Origin: Candidatus Altimarinota bacterium
GTDB taxonomy: Bacteria; Patescibacteriota; Gracilibacteria; CAIRYL01
DNA: 64,000 nt
Assembly (NCBI GenBank): GCA_965250085.1
Contig: OZ252287.1
Coordinates: forward strand, 640,001-704,000
Reading direction: 5' to 3'
Below, piece after piece: positions 1-9,338 of this stretch; positions within the stretch are counted from its first letter, which is position 1; the number at the start of each line of letters is the position of its first letter. Below the pieces are notes generated by a model. The model ran no database searches, was not told the DNA's origin, and worked only from the letters and a program-made list of their open reading frames with translations. The translations under genes were made by a program, and so were the position numbers.

Positions 1-264
1 ACAGGTAAGATATTCCTTCCATGGACCTCTTCCATATACATCTCGATAGGTATTTGTAAGATCTATGAAAAATTGATCCAAATGTCCATTTCTAATGGCA
101 GTTGTTAACTTATTCGAATGTTGGAAAAATCCAACATGATATAATCCATTATCATTTCTATTATTTACTATTTCCATTCCTCCCTCATAAACAAGAGTAT
201 CTGGTGACAAAATATCTTGTCCTGTGTCAATTTCTGCCGAACTTACATCCTCTGTATGATTCAT
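1..264 (-). CDS. Hypothetical protein, N-terminal part (runs off the window edge)
   Basis: Manual translation from ATG at 264 gives MNHTEDVSSAEIDTG...YRDVYGRGPWKEYLTC, 88 codons with no stop to position 1. Not in the ORF track because it is truncated. Confidence 0.7.
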   Translation of the reverse strand, partial: MNHTEDVSSAEIDTGQDILSPDTLVYEGGMEIVNNRNDNGLYHVGFFQHSNKLTTAIRNGHLDQFFIDLTNTYRDVYGRGPWKEYLTC

Positions 265-478
265 GGGAAAAACAAATCGCAGTGAGTTGCTCTTTTTTGA
301 TGAGGATATACATACATATGTCAAAAAACTGTCGACAATTTAGTAAAAACAATAAAACCTTTTATTTTATTCTTAAGAATGCTCAGAAATTGTTGAAATT
401 TGGAAAAAAATGATGAGATTCACAAAAAAAGTCTCCAAAAATGACTTTCGAGGTGGTTATGATGAGTGATAAAAATTC

Positions 479-1894
479 TTATCGTATTAATTGCACCACC
501 GTTTCAATATGCGGAGTATGAGGAAACATATCCACTACTTGGAGTTTTTGTATTTTCCAGCTCATTTGACGCAAAAGAGAAAGGTCTCTCGCAAGAGTTG
601 CGGGGTTGCACGAAATAAAGACCATTTTTTTCGCAGGAATGTCTTGCAAAATTTTCATTGCTTTTGGGTGAACTCCTGACCGTGGTGGATCAACAATAAG
701 CACATCTGGGTCTGGATACTTTTGGAGTACCTCCAGCAACGTCTGCTCAGCTTTACCACAGAAGTATTCTGTGTTCTGTGCACTATTGAGCTCAGCATTT
801 TGTATTGCATCCCGCACGGCGTGGGGTTCCATTTCAAGTCCTATGATGTGTTTTGCATTCTTTGCGAGAAAGAGCCCGATAGCTCCCGATCCACAAAAAA
901 TATCCATTACTGTTTCATTTTCTGAGAGTTCAGCAAATTGCTGGATGACTTCAAAAAGTTTTTTTGCTCCTAGAGTATTGGTCTGGAAAAATGAAAAAGG
1001 AGATATCTTATATTGTGTCTTCCCTATTTTTTCGAGAAGAAAATCTTCTCCCCAGATACATTTCATATCAGGATCAGCAATGAAATCACTTTTGCCGGTA
1101 TGAATGGTAACAAGAATTCCAGAAACACAAGGTAGGTTATTCTTGAGAGTTGTGACCACTTTATCCCAAAAAGTGGATGGCTTGTTTTTTGAAACAACAA
1201 AATTTACCAATATTTCTCCATTCGCTTTGGATTCACGGAGTATAAGGTTTCGCCAAAATCCTCTATGGATTTTAGGATTCCAGACGGAAAATTTGGATGC
1301 CTTCATTATTTCCTCAGCATGACTTCGAACCAAATTCATGTTTTCCGACGCCAAGAAACAATCTTTAATTGATTGTACGAGAGCCCATTTTCCTTCCGGG
1401 TGAAACCCCAGAGATGGGTTCAGGTCATGGAATACTTTTTTCCCATCTTTATCAATTTCTATTCGCATTTCTTCATATCCAAATGAAAACTCAATTTTAT
1501 TTCGATATCTAATAGTTTCTGGAGAAGGAATAATAGGAAGAATTTTTATGTCTTCAGCGTGTACATCAATATTACCCAGATGCTCGAGTGTTTCGAAAAC
1601 CAGTTGTTGCTTTATCGAAAGTTGGTCTTCATATTGTACATTTTGGAAAATACATCCAGGCATACGTTCGTATGGTGATATATGCTCAATAGGTGAAGAG
1701 CTTAAAACTTTAAGAAGCTTTGCTTCTGCATAGTTTTTTTTACTTTTGGTGATTTGAAGCTGAACTTTCTGACCCGGAAGTGCCCCTTTTACAAAAACTA
1801 CTACATTATTAATATGCACAATACCCTTGCCTCCAAGAGCAAGTTTTTCTATCGTCTCTTCAAAAATGTGTCCTGCTTTAAATTCAGAAGACAT
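479..1894 (-). CDS. rlmD: 23S rRNA (uracil-5)-methyltransferase RlmD/RumA
   Basis: N-terminal TRAM domain (LALGGKG..VFVKGALPG), YRNKIEF, SFFQTN, SAM motif DIFCGSG, VDPPRSG, catalytic ISCNPATLARD, DMFPHTPHIE. Confidence 0.95.
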   Translation of the reverse strand: MSSEFKAGHIFEETIEKLALGGKGIVHINNVVVFVKGALPGQKVQLQITKSKKNYAEAKLLKVLSSSPIEHISPYERMPGCIFQNVQYEDQLSIKQQLVFETLEHLGNIDVHAEDIKILPIIPSPETIRYRNKIEFSFGYEEMRIEIDKDGKKVFHDLNPSLGFHPEGKWALVQSIKDCFLASENMNLVRSHAEEIMKASKFSVWNPKIHRGFWRNLILRESKANGEILVNFVVSKNKPSTFWDKVVTTLKNNLPCVSGILVTIHTGKSDFIADPDMKCIWGEDFLLEKIGKTQYKISPFSFFQTNTLGAKKLFEVIQQFAELSENETVMDIFCGSGAIGLFLAKNAKHIIGLEMEPHAVRDAIQNAELNSAQNTEYFCGKAEQTLLEVLQKYPDPDVLIVDPPRSGVHPKAMKILQDIPAKKMVFISCNPATLARDLSLLRQMSWKIQKLQVVDMFPHTPHIETVVQLIR

Positions 1895-1932
1895 GGCAGA
1901 TTCTGTTTAGAAAAACAATATTTTTTATGACT

Positions 1933-2805
1933 TTAAAAAGGGAGATCTTCTGGCTTGATGTCACTTTCATAGTTGATTTCTGGCACATCAGTGGGTTCTG
2001 CTTTTTGTGGTGCTGGATTTTCAGAAGCGGCCTCATTCCCTACCGGTACGGCTTCTTGTCCAGCGCCTCTTCCATCAGAGGAAGGAAGATTTTGAGATGG
2101 ATGTCCGAGAGCAAGGATACTCTTGGCGTTAATTTCTGTGGTATACCTCTTTTCTCCATCAGGAGTCTCCCATGATCTGGTCTGCACATTGCCAGTAATA
2201 AATACTCGCTGTCCTTTTTTAACAATTTTTTCCGTATCGTCAGCGAGAGCACCCCAAGCAACAATGTTGTGAAACTCTGCCTCTTTTTGTTGCTCATTGG
2301 TTTCTTTGTTGGTCCAAGTGCGATTGGTGGCCACACTGAGTTTTATCACGCTTTTTCCACTGGGCGTTTGTTTTATTTCTGGATCTTGAGTGACGTTTCC
2401 CAAAACATCTGCGCGATTGAGCCCTCCAGCAACTGCAAATGAATCATCCAGTGGAGAAAGTGGCACTCGTGGATCCAGAAGAATCACTGGATCGTATGGA
2501 GAAAGAACAATCTTGGTTTTGTATTTTTTCTTTCCCTGGTCGTCTTCCCAAGAATCTGTTTTGAGCCTTCCGGAAGCATAGACTTGCGAGCCCTTGCGTG
2601 CATATTCACTGAGAAATTTGGCACTCTGTCCCCACACGGTTACCGTATGAAATGATGAGCTTATACCCTCACTTCCATCATCTTTTTGAAATTTTGATCT
2701 TACTTGAACATTGAGATCGGTGACGGACATGCCACTGGGCAAGTCTCTAACCTCTATATCTTCGGTGAGATATCCAATAATCTGTACAGAATTTACGTCT
2801 CGCAT
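1933..2805 (-). CDS. ssb: Single-stranded DNA-binding protein with two tandem OB folds
   Basis: Two SSB repeats (NSVQIIGYL...FHTVTVWG..KGSQVYASGRLKTDSW and NRADVLGNV...FHNIVAWG..KGQRVFITGNVQTRSW) and an acidic tail ending EDLPF. Confidence 0.93.
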   Translation of the reverse strand: MRDVNSVQIIGYLTEDIEVRDLPSGMSVTDLNVQVRSKFQKDDGSEGISSSFHTVTVWGQSAKFLSEYARKGSQVYASGRLKTDSWEDDQGKKKYKTKIVLSPYDPVILLDPRVPLSPLDDSFAVAGGLNRADVLGNVTQDPEIKQTPSGKSVIKLSVATNRTWTNKETNEQQKEAEFHNIVAWGALADDTEKIVKKGQRVFITGNVQTRSWETPDGEKRYTTEINAKSILALGHPSQNLPSSDGRGAGQEAVPVGNEAASENPAPQKAEPTDVPEINYESDIKPEDLPF

Positions 2806-3212
2806 GTGTGTGTGTGGAAAAGAAAAAAGCGGAAGATATTATCCCGTGCGAGAAGGTAAAAGGCAAAACAAAATGCCATTATTTTTAATCTTTGAATAAG
2901 AAAAAATAATTGCCCCTTGGAGGGTCGCTTCTTCATTGGAAAACATTTGGCGTATTTTCTCTTTCTGAGCGGAGAAACAAAAATTGCGAGGATGGACAGA
3001 GGAGGATTGCAATTTTTTCGAAGCAAAGAATGAGAAAATCCAAATTTTTCCACCGAAACAAAGGTTTTTGGTTCCTTTTTGGCTGCAAAAAGGAACTCCC
3101 TTTGCTATTACAGTTATCATCTAATGGAGATTTATCTATCATTTTTGTTGTCTTTATCTATCAATCACGATATTCTTCCGCAGAATATTTTGTGTTTCTT
3201 TGAGTTTTTAAT

Positions 3213-4415
3213 ATGGACAAGTTTCTCCGCATGGCACTCACGTTTCTGATTGTGTACTTTGCGTTGTCACTCATTCTCCCTAATCCCGACAAACAAACTC
3301 CTCTCTCTGAAGGTGATGTTGGTGTTGAAATGAAAGATGCGACCATAGCACAGGGAAATTTGGTGAGAGTCGTGGTACAAAACAATATGGAAGAAGAATT
3401 TATCCTCGGGGAGAATGAATATCCACCAGAAAATCTGATCTTTGAGAGAAGAAGCAACGGAAGATGGGAGCACATTGTTCCTGAAAATACTCAAAAAATA
3501 GAAACTCCTCTAGCTATTGCTCCGGGTCAAAAACATGAATTTTCGTTCTCGGAATACAATACCGAGATGTTTTTTGATATCGGAGAATATAGGGTAGCCA
3601 TGCGGCCGACAGAAGATCAGGAATTTATGGCACCATTTGAAGTATACAAACCTGGATTTCTTCGCACTCTCTTTCGAGCAATTTATAAGGTCATCTATAA
3701 CTCCTTTATTGCAATCCTTATGGTGACAAAAGGAAATTTAGGAGTGGCTATTATTGTGATTACTCTTGTCGTCAAAATTTTCCTCTGGGGAGTGAATCGC
3801 AAATCACTTGAATCACAGCAAAAGATGCAAAAGGTCCAGCCAGAACTGCAGAAAATCAGAGATAAGTACAAAAATGATCAGCAAAAAATGGCTTCCGAGA
3901 CCATGGCTCTTTGGAAAAAATATGATGTAAGCCCTTTTGCGGCGTTTACTCCTATATTTATCCAGTTTCCTGTCCTGATAGCCCTGTTTTATGTGATCCG
4001 TGATGGACTGTTACCACACAATCAGTATCTTCTCTATCCCCCACTCCAAGACTTTGATTTTTCTCAGATAAATGAAATCTTTCTCGGATTTTTGAATCTC
4101 GCTCACCATCCCATTGCAGACAAAGCTCTGCTTTGGCTCCCCTTTGTCGTAGCCGGATCTCAGCTCTGGGCCCTGAGACTTGCGATGAAGCGCACGGCAA
4201 AGAAGAAAGAACCAACGAAAAAGAAAGATCCTTCAGAAAAGCCATCTATGATGGGACAGATGGAGAGCATGAACAAAACCATGATGTATGTCTTTCCTAT
4301 TATGATCTTCTTTTTTACATTGAACTTCCCTGCCGGTGTGGGCATGTATTGGTGGATCTCAACGCTTATTGGTGTGGGGCAGCAGTATTTGGTGAATAAG
4401 AAGGCACATCATTGA
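3213..4415 (+). CDS. yidC: YidC/Oxa1 membrane protein insertase with N-terminal extracytoplasmic domain
   Basis: GVAIIVITLVVK, SQQKMQKVQPELQKIRDKYK, PIFIQFPVLIALF, PAGVGMYW. Confidence 0.93.
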   Translation: MDKFLRMALTFLIVYFALSLILPNPDKQTPLSEGDVGVEMKDATIAQGNLVRVVVQNNMEEEFILGENEYPPENLIFERRSNGRWEHIVPENTQKIETPLAIAPGQKHEFSFSEYNTEMFFDIGEYRVAMRPTEDQEFMAPFEVYKPGFLRTLFRAIYKVIYNSFIAILMVTKGNLGVAIIVITLVVKIFLWGVNRKSLESQQKMQKVQPELQKIRDKYKNDQQKMASETMALWKKYDVSPFAAFTPIFIQFPVLIALFYVIRDGLLPHNQYLLYPPLQDFDFSQINEIFLGFLNLAHHPIADKALLWLPFVVAGSQLWALRLAMKRTAKKKEPTKKKDPSEKPSMMGQMESMNKTMMYVFPIMIFFFTLNFPAGVGMYWWISTLIGVGQQYLVNKKAHH

Positions 4416-4594
4416 TATTTTAATATTCGGAAGTATTGGTAATTGTATTATTCGGGATTAAAGCCTTGGAAATGTCTTGGTTGAAGGTAAGAGAATATTA
4501 TCCCTCTAATATTAAGTAAAAATTAAATAAAGCCTGTCTTTCTTTGCTTCTTTTTGCTTTTAATCATATAGTGCGAATGCTCTCTCTATTACAA

Positions 4595-5122
4595 ATGCCT
4601 AACGCTTTATTACCACAACAACGGCAAGAGGAAATCGAGCAAATGGTAGATTCGTTGATAGAAAAAAATGATAGTCCGAATAATCAATGGGAGCTGATAC
4701 AATCTATTTGTGAGTCGGAAAATATAACTCTTGAAGAATCTGACATAAAAGATATATCGGGTGCCTTGTTTAAGGAAGAGGATGAATGGAAAATTTTATT
4801 AAATAAATGTGACTCCTTATCACGAAAAATTTTTACAGTAGCGCACGAATTGGGTCACTATTTTCTCCATAAAAATGGAGATGAAGAATTTGTTGATGGA
4901 ATACTTATTCATACTCGAAATGAGGATATAAAATATCAACAAAATGAAGTAGAAGCTAATGAGTTCGCGGGTAACTTATTGATGCCTCGGAAATTTATTG
5001 AGAAAGAAATTGGTCTGCCAAGTGGCACAATAACATGGGGGAAAATAGATCTTTTAGCGTCTAAATTTAGTGTTTCCACAGTCGCTATTACTACCAGACT
5101 TAAAAACTTAGGTTATGCCTAG
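4595..5122 (+). CDS. ImmA/IrrE-family metallopeptidase
   Basis: FTVAHELGHYFLH (HExxH), EVEANEFAGNLLMP, C-terminal HTH-like LASKFSVS..AITTRL. ATG at 4595 preferred over TTG at 4544. Confidence 0.88.
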   Translation: MPNALLPQQRQEEIEQMVDSLIEKNDSPNNQWELIQSICESENITLEESDIKDISGALFKEEDEWKILLNKCDSLSRKIFTVAHELGHYFLHKNGDEEFVDGILIHTRNEDIKYQQNEVEANEFAGNLLMPRKFIEKEIGLPSGTITWGKIDLLASKFSVSTVAITTRLKNLGYA

Positions 5123-5333
5123 TAAGGACATACCACGGAAGCCCCAGGAACTGGTAAGAGAGTATTCAAGTCAACGATTCTCTTTTCCTTTTGACGATAG
5201 GTCTGACGGAGAGAAGGATGTAAATGAAAAATTGATGAAAGAAGAGCTTTTCTGGACTAAGTGCAAAAGATGGGCTACAGGTGGCATTATAGGTTTCACA
5301 ATAGGGTTCGTACTAGCACTAACTACTATTTAA
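5115..5333 (+). CDS. Small protein with C-terminal hydrophobic segment, coupled to the ImmA/IrrE gene
   Basis: ATG overlaps the end of the upstream gene. Ends in WATGGIIGFTIGFVLALTTI. Confidence 0.55.
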   Translation: MPSKDIPRKPQELVREYSSQRFSFPFDDRSDGEKDVNEKLMKEELFWTKCKRWATGGIIGFTIGFVLALTTI

Positions 5334-6201
5334 TAGCTTTTTTCCAATTATTCTGAATCTTCCTCCTCATATCCGGATTATGCAGCTTCTGGATAGTGTC
5401 CTCAAAGATCATTTCCGGAGCATAGTGCGGTGAAGATGGATTCATAAATTTATGAGCCTTGTTGAGCAAGATACATTTGAAAAGTTTTTCAAAAGGGAAA
5501 AGTAAAATCTCAAAAGTTCTTTGTAAAAAGGAACTCTTATTCCCTGCTCCAAACTCCTCACTCCCGACTGACTTGATTCCTGTTTCTGCCTCTATCCGTT
5601 TCGCATTCGCCTCCTTCATCTTTTCAAAATGTTCTGCATTGTAGAGAGGCTTGAGCGTCAGGAGCCAGAAGGCAAGATAAATATCATGTTCATTTTTGAT
5701 TTTTGAGAAATCCAAGTAGTCCTCATCCACAAAAAACGAAAGGCAAAATCTGTCCTTCGTTTTTCTTTTCTTTGCCCTGAGTCCGAGAAGAGAAAAGAGG
5801 AGCGTGCTCCAAAATCGTGCTGTGTATATATGACCTTTTTTGACAATGATAAAGAGATCAATATCGCTCTCTTTTGTTGCCATTCCCATCGCTGGAGTGT
5901 TGGTGAGTGCAATACCCCGAAGAAAAGGGAAGTGCTTTAGGATACAAGTAAATTTTGCCGCTTTTTTGAGGATTTTTGCAGACATTTCCTCCCCTTCTTG
6001 TCTTCTTTTTTTCAGCTTTTCTCTATCCGAATCGATAGAAAAATATGTGCTTCCTGCATGTTCAAAAAACTGAAAATTTTCTTTGAGATCATCAGGCGAA
6101 ATCGATGGAAAAAATGTGAAGATTTCCTCACTTGAGAGAGGAAACCCCCAGAGGTTATAAAATGCAAGGGTGCCGGTAATGAGAGAGAGAGGAGGCTTCA
6201 T
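5326..6201 (-). CDS. Pol-beta-like nucleotidyltransferase domain protein
   Basis: RGIALTNTPAMG...SDIDLFII motif and DRFCLSFFV. Start moved to ATG 6201 to avoid overlap with the divergent gene. Confidence 0.75.
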   Translation of the reverse strand: MKPPLSLITGTLAFYNLWGFPLSSEEIFTFFPSISPDDLKENFQFFEHAGSTYFSIDSDREKLKKRRQEGEEMSAKILKKAAKFTCILKHFPFLRGIALTNTPAMGMATKESDIDLFIIVKKGHIYTARFWSTLLFSLLGLRAKKRKTKDRFCLSFFVDEDYLDFSKIKNEHDIYLAFWLLTLKPLYNAEHFEKMKEANAKRIEAETGIKSVGSEEFGAGNKSSFLQRTFEILLFPFEKLFKCILLNKAHKFMNPSSPHYAPEMIFEDTIQKLHNPDMRRKIQNNWKKAIK

Positions 6202-6275
6202 GGTACTTACGCTTGCTGAGAATACTGCGTTTTGCCTACAATACAAACAGTTTTTTTCTTTTTCCTCTTTTTCAT

Positions 6276-6671
6276 ATGGTATTTGATTCCGTACTTCTGG
6301 CTCAAATCTTCGGCCCATTTTTTGCCATCCTTGGACTGGCACTCCTTATAAATCAAAAAACACTCCAGAAGATGGTGAGTGAAATAAAAAATAACCAACC
6401 ACTTCTTCTGTTTGGAGGTGCATTTAATCTCCTTCTGGGACTTTTTCTCATCTCAGGACACAATATGTGGGTCAAGGATTGGCCAGTCATTATCACTATC
6501 ATTGCGTGGGCTATGATTCTCAAGGGCGTATGTTTGCTTCTGTTTCCAGACTCAAGTCAAAAAATGGCTGCTGCCATGGCTTCAGGATCACAATATACTC
6601 TCAGTGGTCTCGTCATGTTGGTACTTGGCGGATATCTCTGCTATGTCAGCTGGTTCTCTGTAATTTGGTAA
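6276..6671 (+). CDS. Four-TM integral membrane protein, unknown function
   Basis: Four hydrophobic segments and GHNMWVKDWPVIITIIAW. ATG at 6276. Confidence 0.8.
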   Translation: MVFDSVLLAQIFGPFFAILGLALLINQKTLQKMVSEIKNNQPLLLFGGAFNLLLGLFLISGHNMWVKDWPVIITIIAWAMILKGVCLLLFPDSSQKMAAAMASGSQYTLSGLVMLVLGGYLCYVSWFSVIW

Positions 6672-6675
6672 GAAA

Positions 6676-7308
6676 TTAGCCTCTGAGGATTTTTACTGCC
6701 TTTTCTGGGTCGTCTGATCCAAAGAGATAGGAGCCCGAAACAATCAAATTGGCACCTGCTTCTCGTGCAGAAGTAACAGTGACTCCACTGATACCTCCGT
6801 CAATTTCAATATCTATATCGGGATATTGAGCCCTGAGAGTACGCACTTTTCCAAGTACGTCTGATATAAAGCTCTGTCCGCTAAATCCAGGCTCCACACT
6901 CATAATCAGAACAAAATCCACAGTATCAAGCAGATCTGCAATGGCTGAAAGTTCTGTCTTTGGTTTCATCGCAATCCCCGCCTTCATACCCAAATTTTGA
7001 ATATTTTCAATAATTTCAGAAGATTTGTTTCCTGCGGCTTCGATATGAAAAGATATCATATTTGCTCCAGCTTTTTGAAACGGCTCAACATAATTTTCCG
7101 GATCACTGACCATCAGATGTACATCAAAGATTCCTTTGGTTGTAAGTCTGGAAAGGATAGGGGCTCCCATACTCAGATTTGGGACAAAATGCCCATCCAT
7201 AACATCAAAATGAAATCCTTCTTCTAGTGGCTCGAATCGATCAATTTCTGATTGGAGACATCCAAAATCAGCAGAAAGGAGTGAGGGGAATATGCGAACG
7301 TCTGGCAT
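6676..7308 (-). CDS. rpe: Ribulose-phosphate 3-epimerase
   Basis: PSLLSADF, HFDVMDGHFVPN, DVHLM, MSVEPGFSGQ, IDGGI. ATG at 7308. Confidence 0.96.
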   Translation of the reverse strand: MPDVRIFPSLLSADFGCLQSEIDRFEPLEEGFHFDVMDGHFVPNLSMGAPILSRLTTKGIFDVHLMVSDPENYVEPFQKAGANMISFHIEAAGNKSSEIIENIQNLGMKAGIAMKPKTELSAIADLLDTVDFVLIMSVEPGFSGQSFISDVLGKVRTLRAQYPDIDIEIDGGISGVTVTSAREAGANLIVSGSYLFGSDDPEKAVKILRG

Positions 7309-7333
7309 TTGAAAAAGGGGAGAGAAGAAAAAT

Positions 7334-7621
7334 TTACTGATTATTTTTTGTTTTTGTACAAAATATACCTTTTTTGAGACTCTGTTTCTCCACAAAGTGA
7401 CATATGACATCTCTGAGTGAAACAAATGCCCAAATACTGTTGAGTACAATGAAAGGAATACTGGAAAGTAAAATGGAATACCATATGAGTAGGCCACTTC
7501 CCAGAAAATTGATTAGATCATATATAAGGTCTTCTTCACTCCATACACCCACTTGATGCAGTGTAAACGCCAAGAGAATAAGAAATGCGCCAGTGATGCC
7601 AAGGATGATAGTGATGTCCAT
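7334..7621 (-). CDS. Small membrane protein (CBU_0592/PQ-loop-like)
   Basis: Three TM helices: GITGAFLILLAF...YDLINFLGSGLL..YS...PFIVLNSIWA. Confidence 0.7.
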   Translation of the reverse strand: MDITIILGITGAFLILLAFTLHQVGVWSEEDLIYDLINFLGSGLLIWYSILLSSIPFIVLNSIWAFVSLRDVICHFVEKQSLKKGIFCTKTKNNQ

Positions 7622-7626
7622 GAAGA

Positions 7627-8049
7627 TTACCCAAGTTGATCTACTCTTCTCTGATGTCTGCCACCTTCAAACTCTGTAGAAAGAAATGTCTCAACTGCTT
7701 TTTCCGCGATATCAAAATCAATGAGTCTTCCTCCCAATGCAAGGATCTGAGCATTATTGTGCTGGCGGGCCAGGCGGGCCATTTTTTCGTTAGTACAGAG
7801 AGCACATCTGGCTCCGGGAATACGATTGGCAGCTATGGAAATACCAATACCACTTCCGCACACGGCTATCCCAAAAATGTCATCCTCTGTGCATTTCTCG
7901 CCAATGAGTTTGCCATACTCTGGATAATCAACCGACTCCTCCGAAGAGCATCCCAGATCTTCGATTTCATATCCCTTGTCCTCCAGAAATATTTTAAGAT
8001 GTTCCTTGAGAGCATATCCAGCGTGATCAGAAGCAAGTGCTATTTTCAT
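7627..8049 (-). CDS. rpiB: Ribose-5-phosphate isomerase B
   Basis: IALASDHAG, VDYP, CGSGIGISIAANR, ARQHNNAQIL, FEGGRHQRR. ATG at 8049. Confidence 0.96.
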   Translation of the reverse strand: MKIALASDHAGYALKEHLKIFLEDKGYEIEDLGCSSEESVDYPEYGKLIGEKCTEDDIFGIAVCGSGIGISIAANRIPGARCALCTNEKMARLARQHNNAQILALGGRLIDFDIAEKAVETFLSTEFEGGRHQRRVDQLG

Positions 8050-8128
8050 ATTGAAGAAGGAGGGAGAAAGTGCGAAGACATTCTCCCATTTTTTCTGTAA
8101 GTTTTTCAAGCTTCAGCTCCAAAGAATA

Positions 8129-9322
8129 CTACCGCTCCCACTCCCAGCGTCTTTTTTCGAGCCCAGATTCTCCTGTATGGGTATCAACAAGTCCTCCAAT
8201 ATTGAGTTGTACCGGCGTACGAACCTTTTCTCCAGAGGGAAGTTTGCGAACAACGATCATGGTAATATCATCTTCTTGTTTTTCGTATTCTTCCATGAAG
8301 GTACTAAAATCCTTCGTTACACCATCAAAGATTCGCTCTGCAGTTCCTCCTTTAACACAATATTTTCGAAATGATTCTTGCAGTGTGTCCACACTATACA
8401 TTTCTCCTTTTGGATTTTTTCCTTCGGTGATTCCATCGCTATAGAGCAAAATGACGTCATTCTCTTCGAGAGAAATATTTTTTTCTTCAATAAATGATTC
8501 CAAATCTGGCGCCATTCTGAGAGCTATTCCACCAGTAGGAATTTTTTCAACAATCCGTTTTTGAGCCCTGTAGATCAAAATATATTCATGACCTGCCCCT
8601 ATATAATGCATCTGCTGCTTGACCTCATCCCACCTGAGCATTACCAGTGTCATAAATTGCTGAGACTTGAGCCTTTGATGCAAAATAGTATTAATCTTAG
8701 TAAGGATTTCATGGGGGAACATGCCATGCCGTGCAAAAGCGTGAATGAGAGTATTGACCACCATCATGACCAGCCCTGCTGGAACACCGTGTCCCGTCAC
8801 ATCTCCAATATAAATAATCATATTATTGTTCTGTTTTAAGAAGTCAAAAGAATCTCCGCCCACCTGAGCCGCTGGACGAGTACGTGCTACAACATCAAGT
8901 CCCAAAATATCTGGAGCTTTTGAGGGGAGGATATCCTGCTGAATCCTTCGAGCAATATCAATCTCTGACATGAGTTTTTTATTTTCAATAATGTCTTTTG
9001 AAATATTTTCAACACTCAACGTTATCTTATTAAAAAAATGAGTGAGCACCCCTATTTCATCGGCAGAATGTGGATTGAGACGTTGATATTTTTTACCGGT
9101 CAATAAATGTTTTACTTCTGAAGTAAGGCGAAATACAGGGCTTGAAACAAGAAAAATAAAATACAAAAGAATCATTAAAAAAAGTGAAGGAATTCCTATA
9201 TATATAACAGATGGAGGAAAAGATTGAGTTCTCTCAAAAATATAGACCGCACTTCCAACAGCACAACCTCCGAGAAGAAGTAAAAATCCAAAGAACTTGA
9301 ATGTGAGGCTTCGAAGGATCAT
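8129..9322 (-). CDS. Membrane-bound HAMP + SpoIIE/PP2C phosphatase (RsbU-like)
   Basis: Two N-terminal TMs, HAMP (DEIGVLTHFFN), ARRIQQDILP, VGGDSFD, IGDVTGHGVPA, LYSDGITE, DDITM. Confidence 0.92.
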   Translation of the reverse strand: MILRSLTFKFFGFLLLLGGCAVGSAVYIFERTQSFPPSVIYIGIPSLFLMILLYFIFLVSSPVFRLTSEVKHLLTGKKYQRLNPHSADEIGVLTHFFNKITLSVENISKDIIENKKLMSEIDIARRIQQDILPSKAPDILGLDVVARTRPAAQVGGDSFDFLKQNNNMIIYIGDVTGHGVPAGLVMMVVNTLIHAFARHGMFPHEILTKINTILHQRLKSQQFMTLVMLRWDEVKQQMHYIGAGHEYILIYRAQKRIVEKIPTGGIALRMAPDLESFIEEKNISLEENDVILLYSDGITEGKNPKGEMYSVDTLQESFRKYCVKGGTAERIFDGVTKDFSTFMEEYEKQEDDITMIVVRKLPSGEKVRTPVQLNIGGLVDTHTGESGLEKRRWEWER

Positions 9323-9338
9323 GTTGGTATATTAAGGA

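Noticed and set aside
102-413. 103-aa plus-strand ORF and the many short ORFs nested antisense to long genes
   Set aside because: These are shadow ORFs overlapping better-supported genes on the opposite strand or frame, with no motifs.
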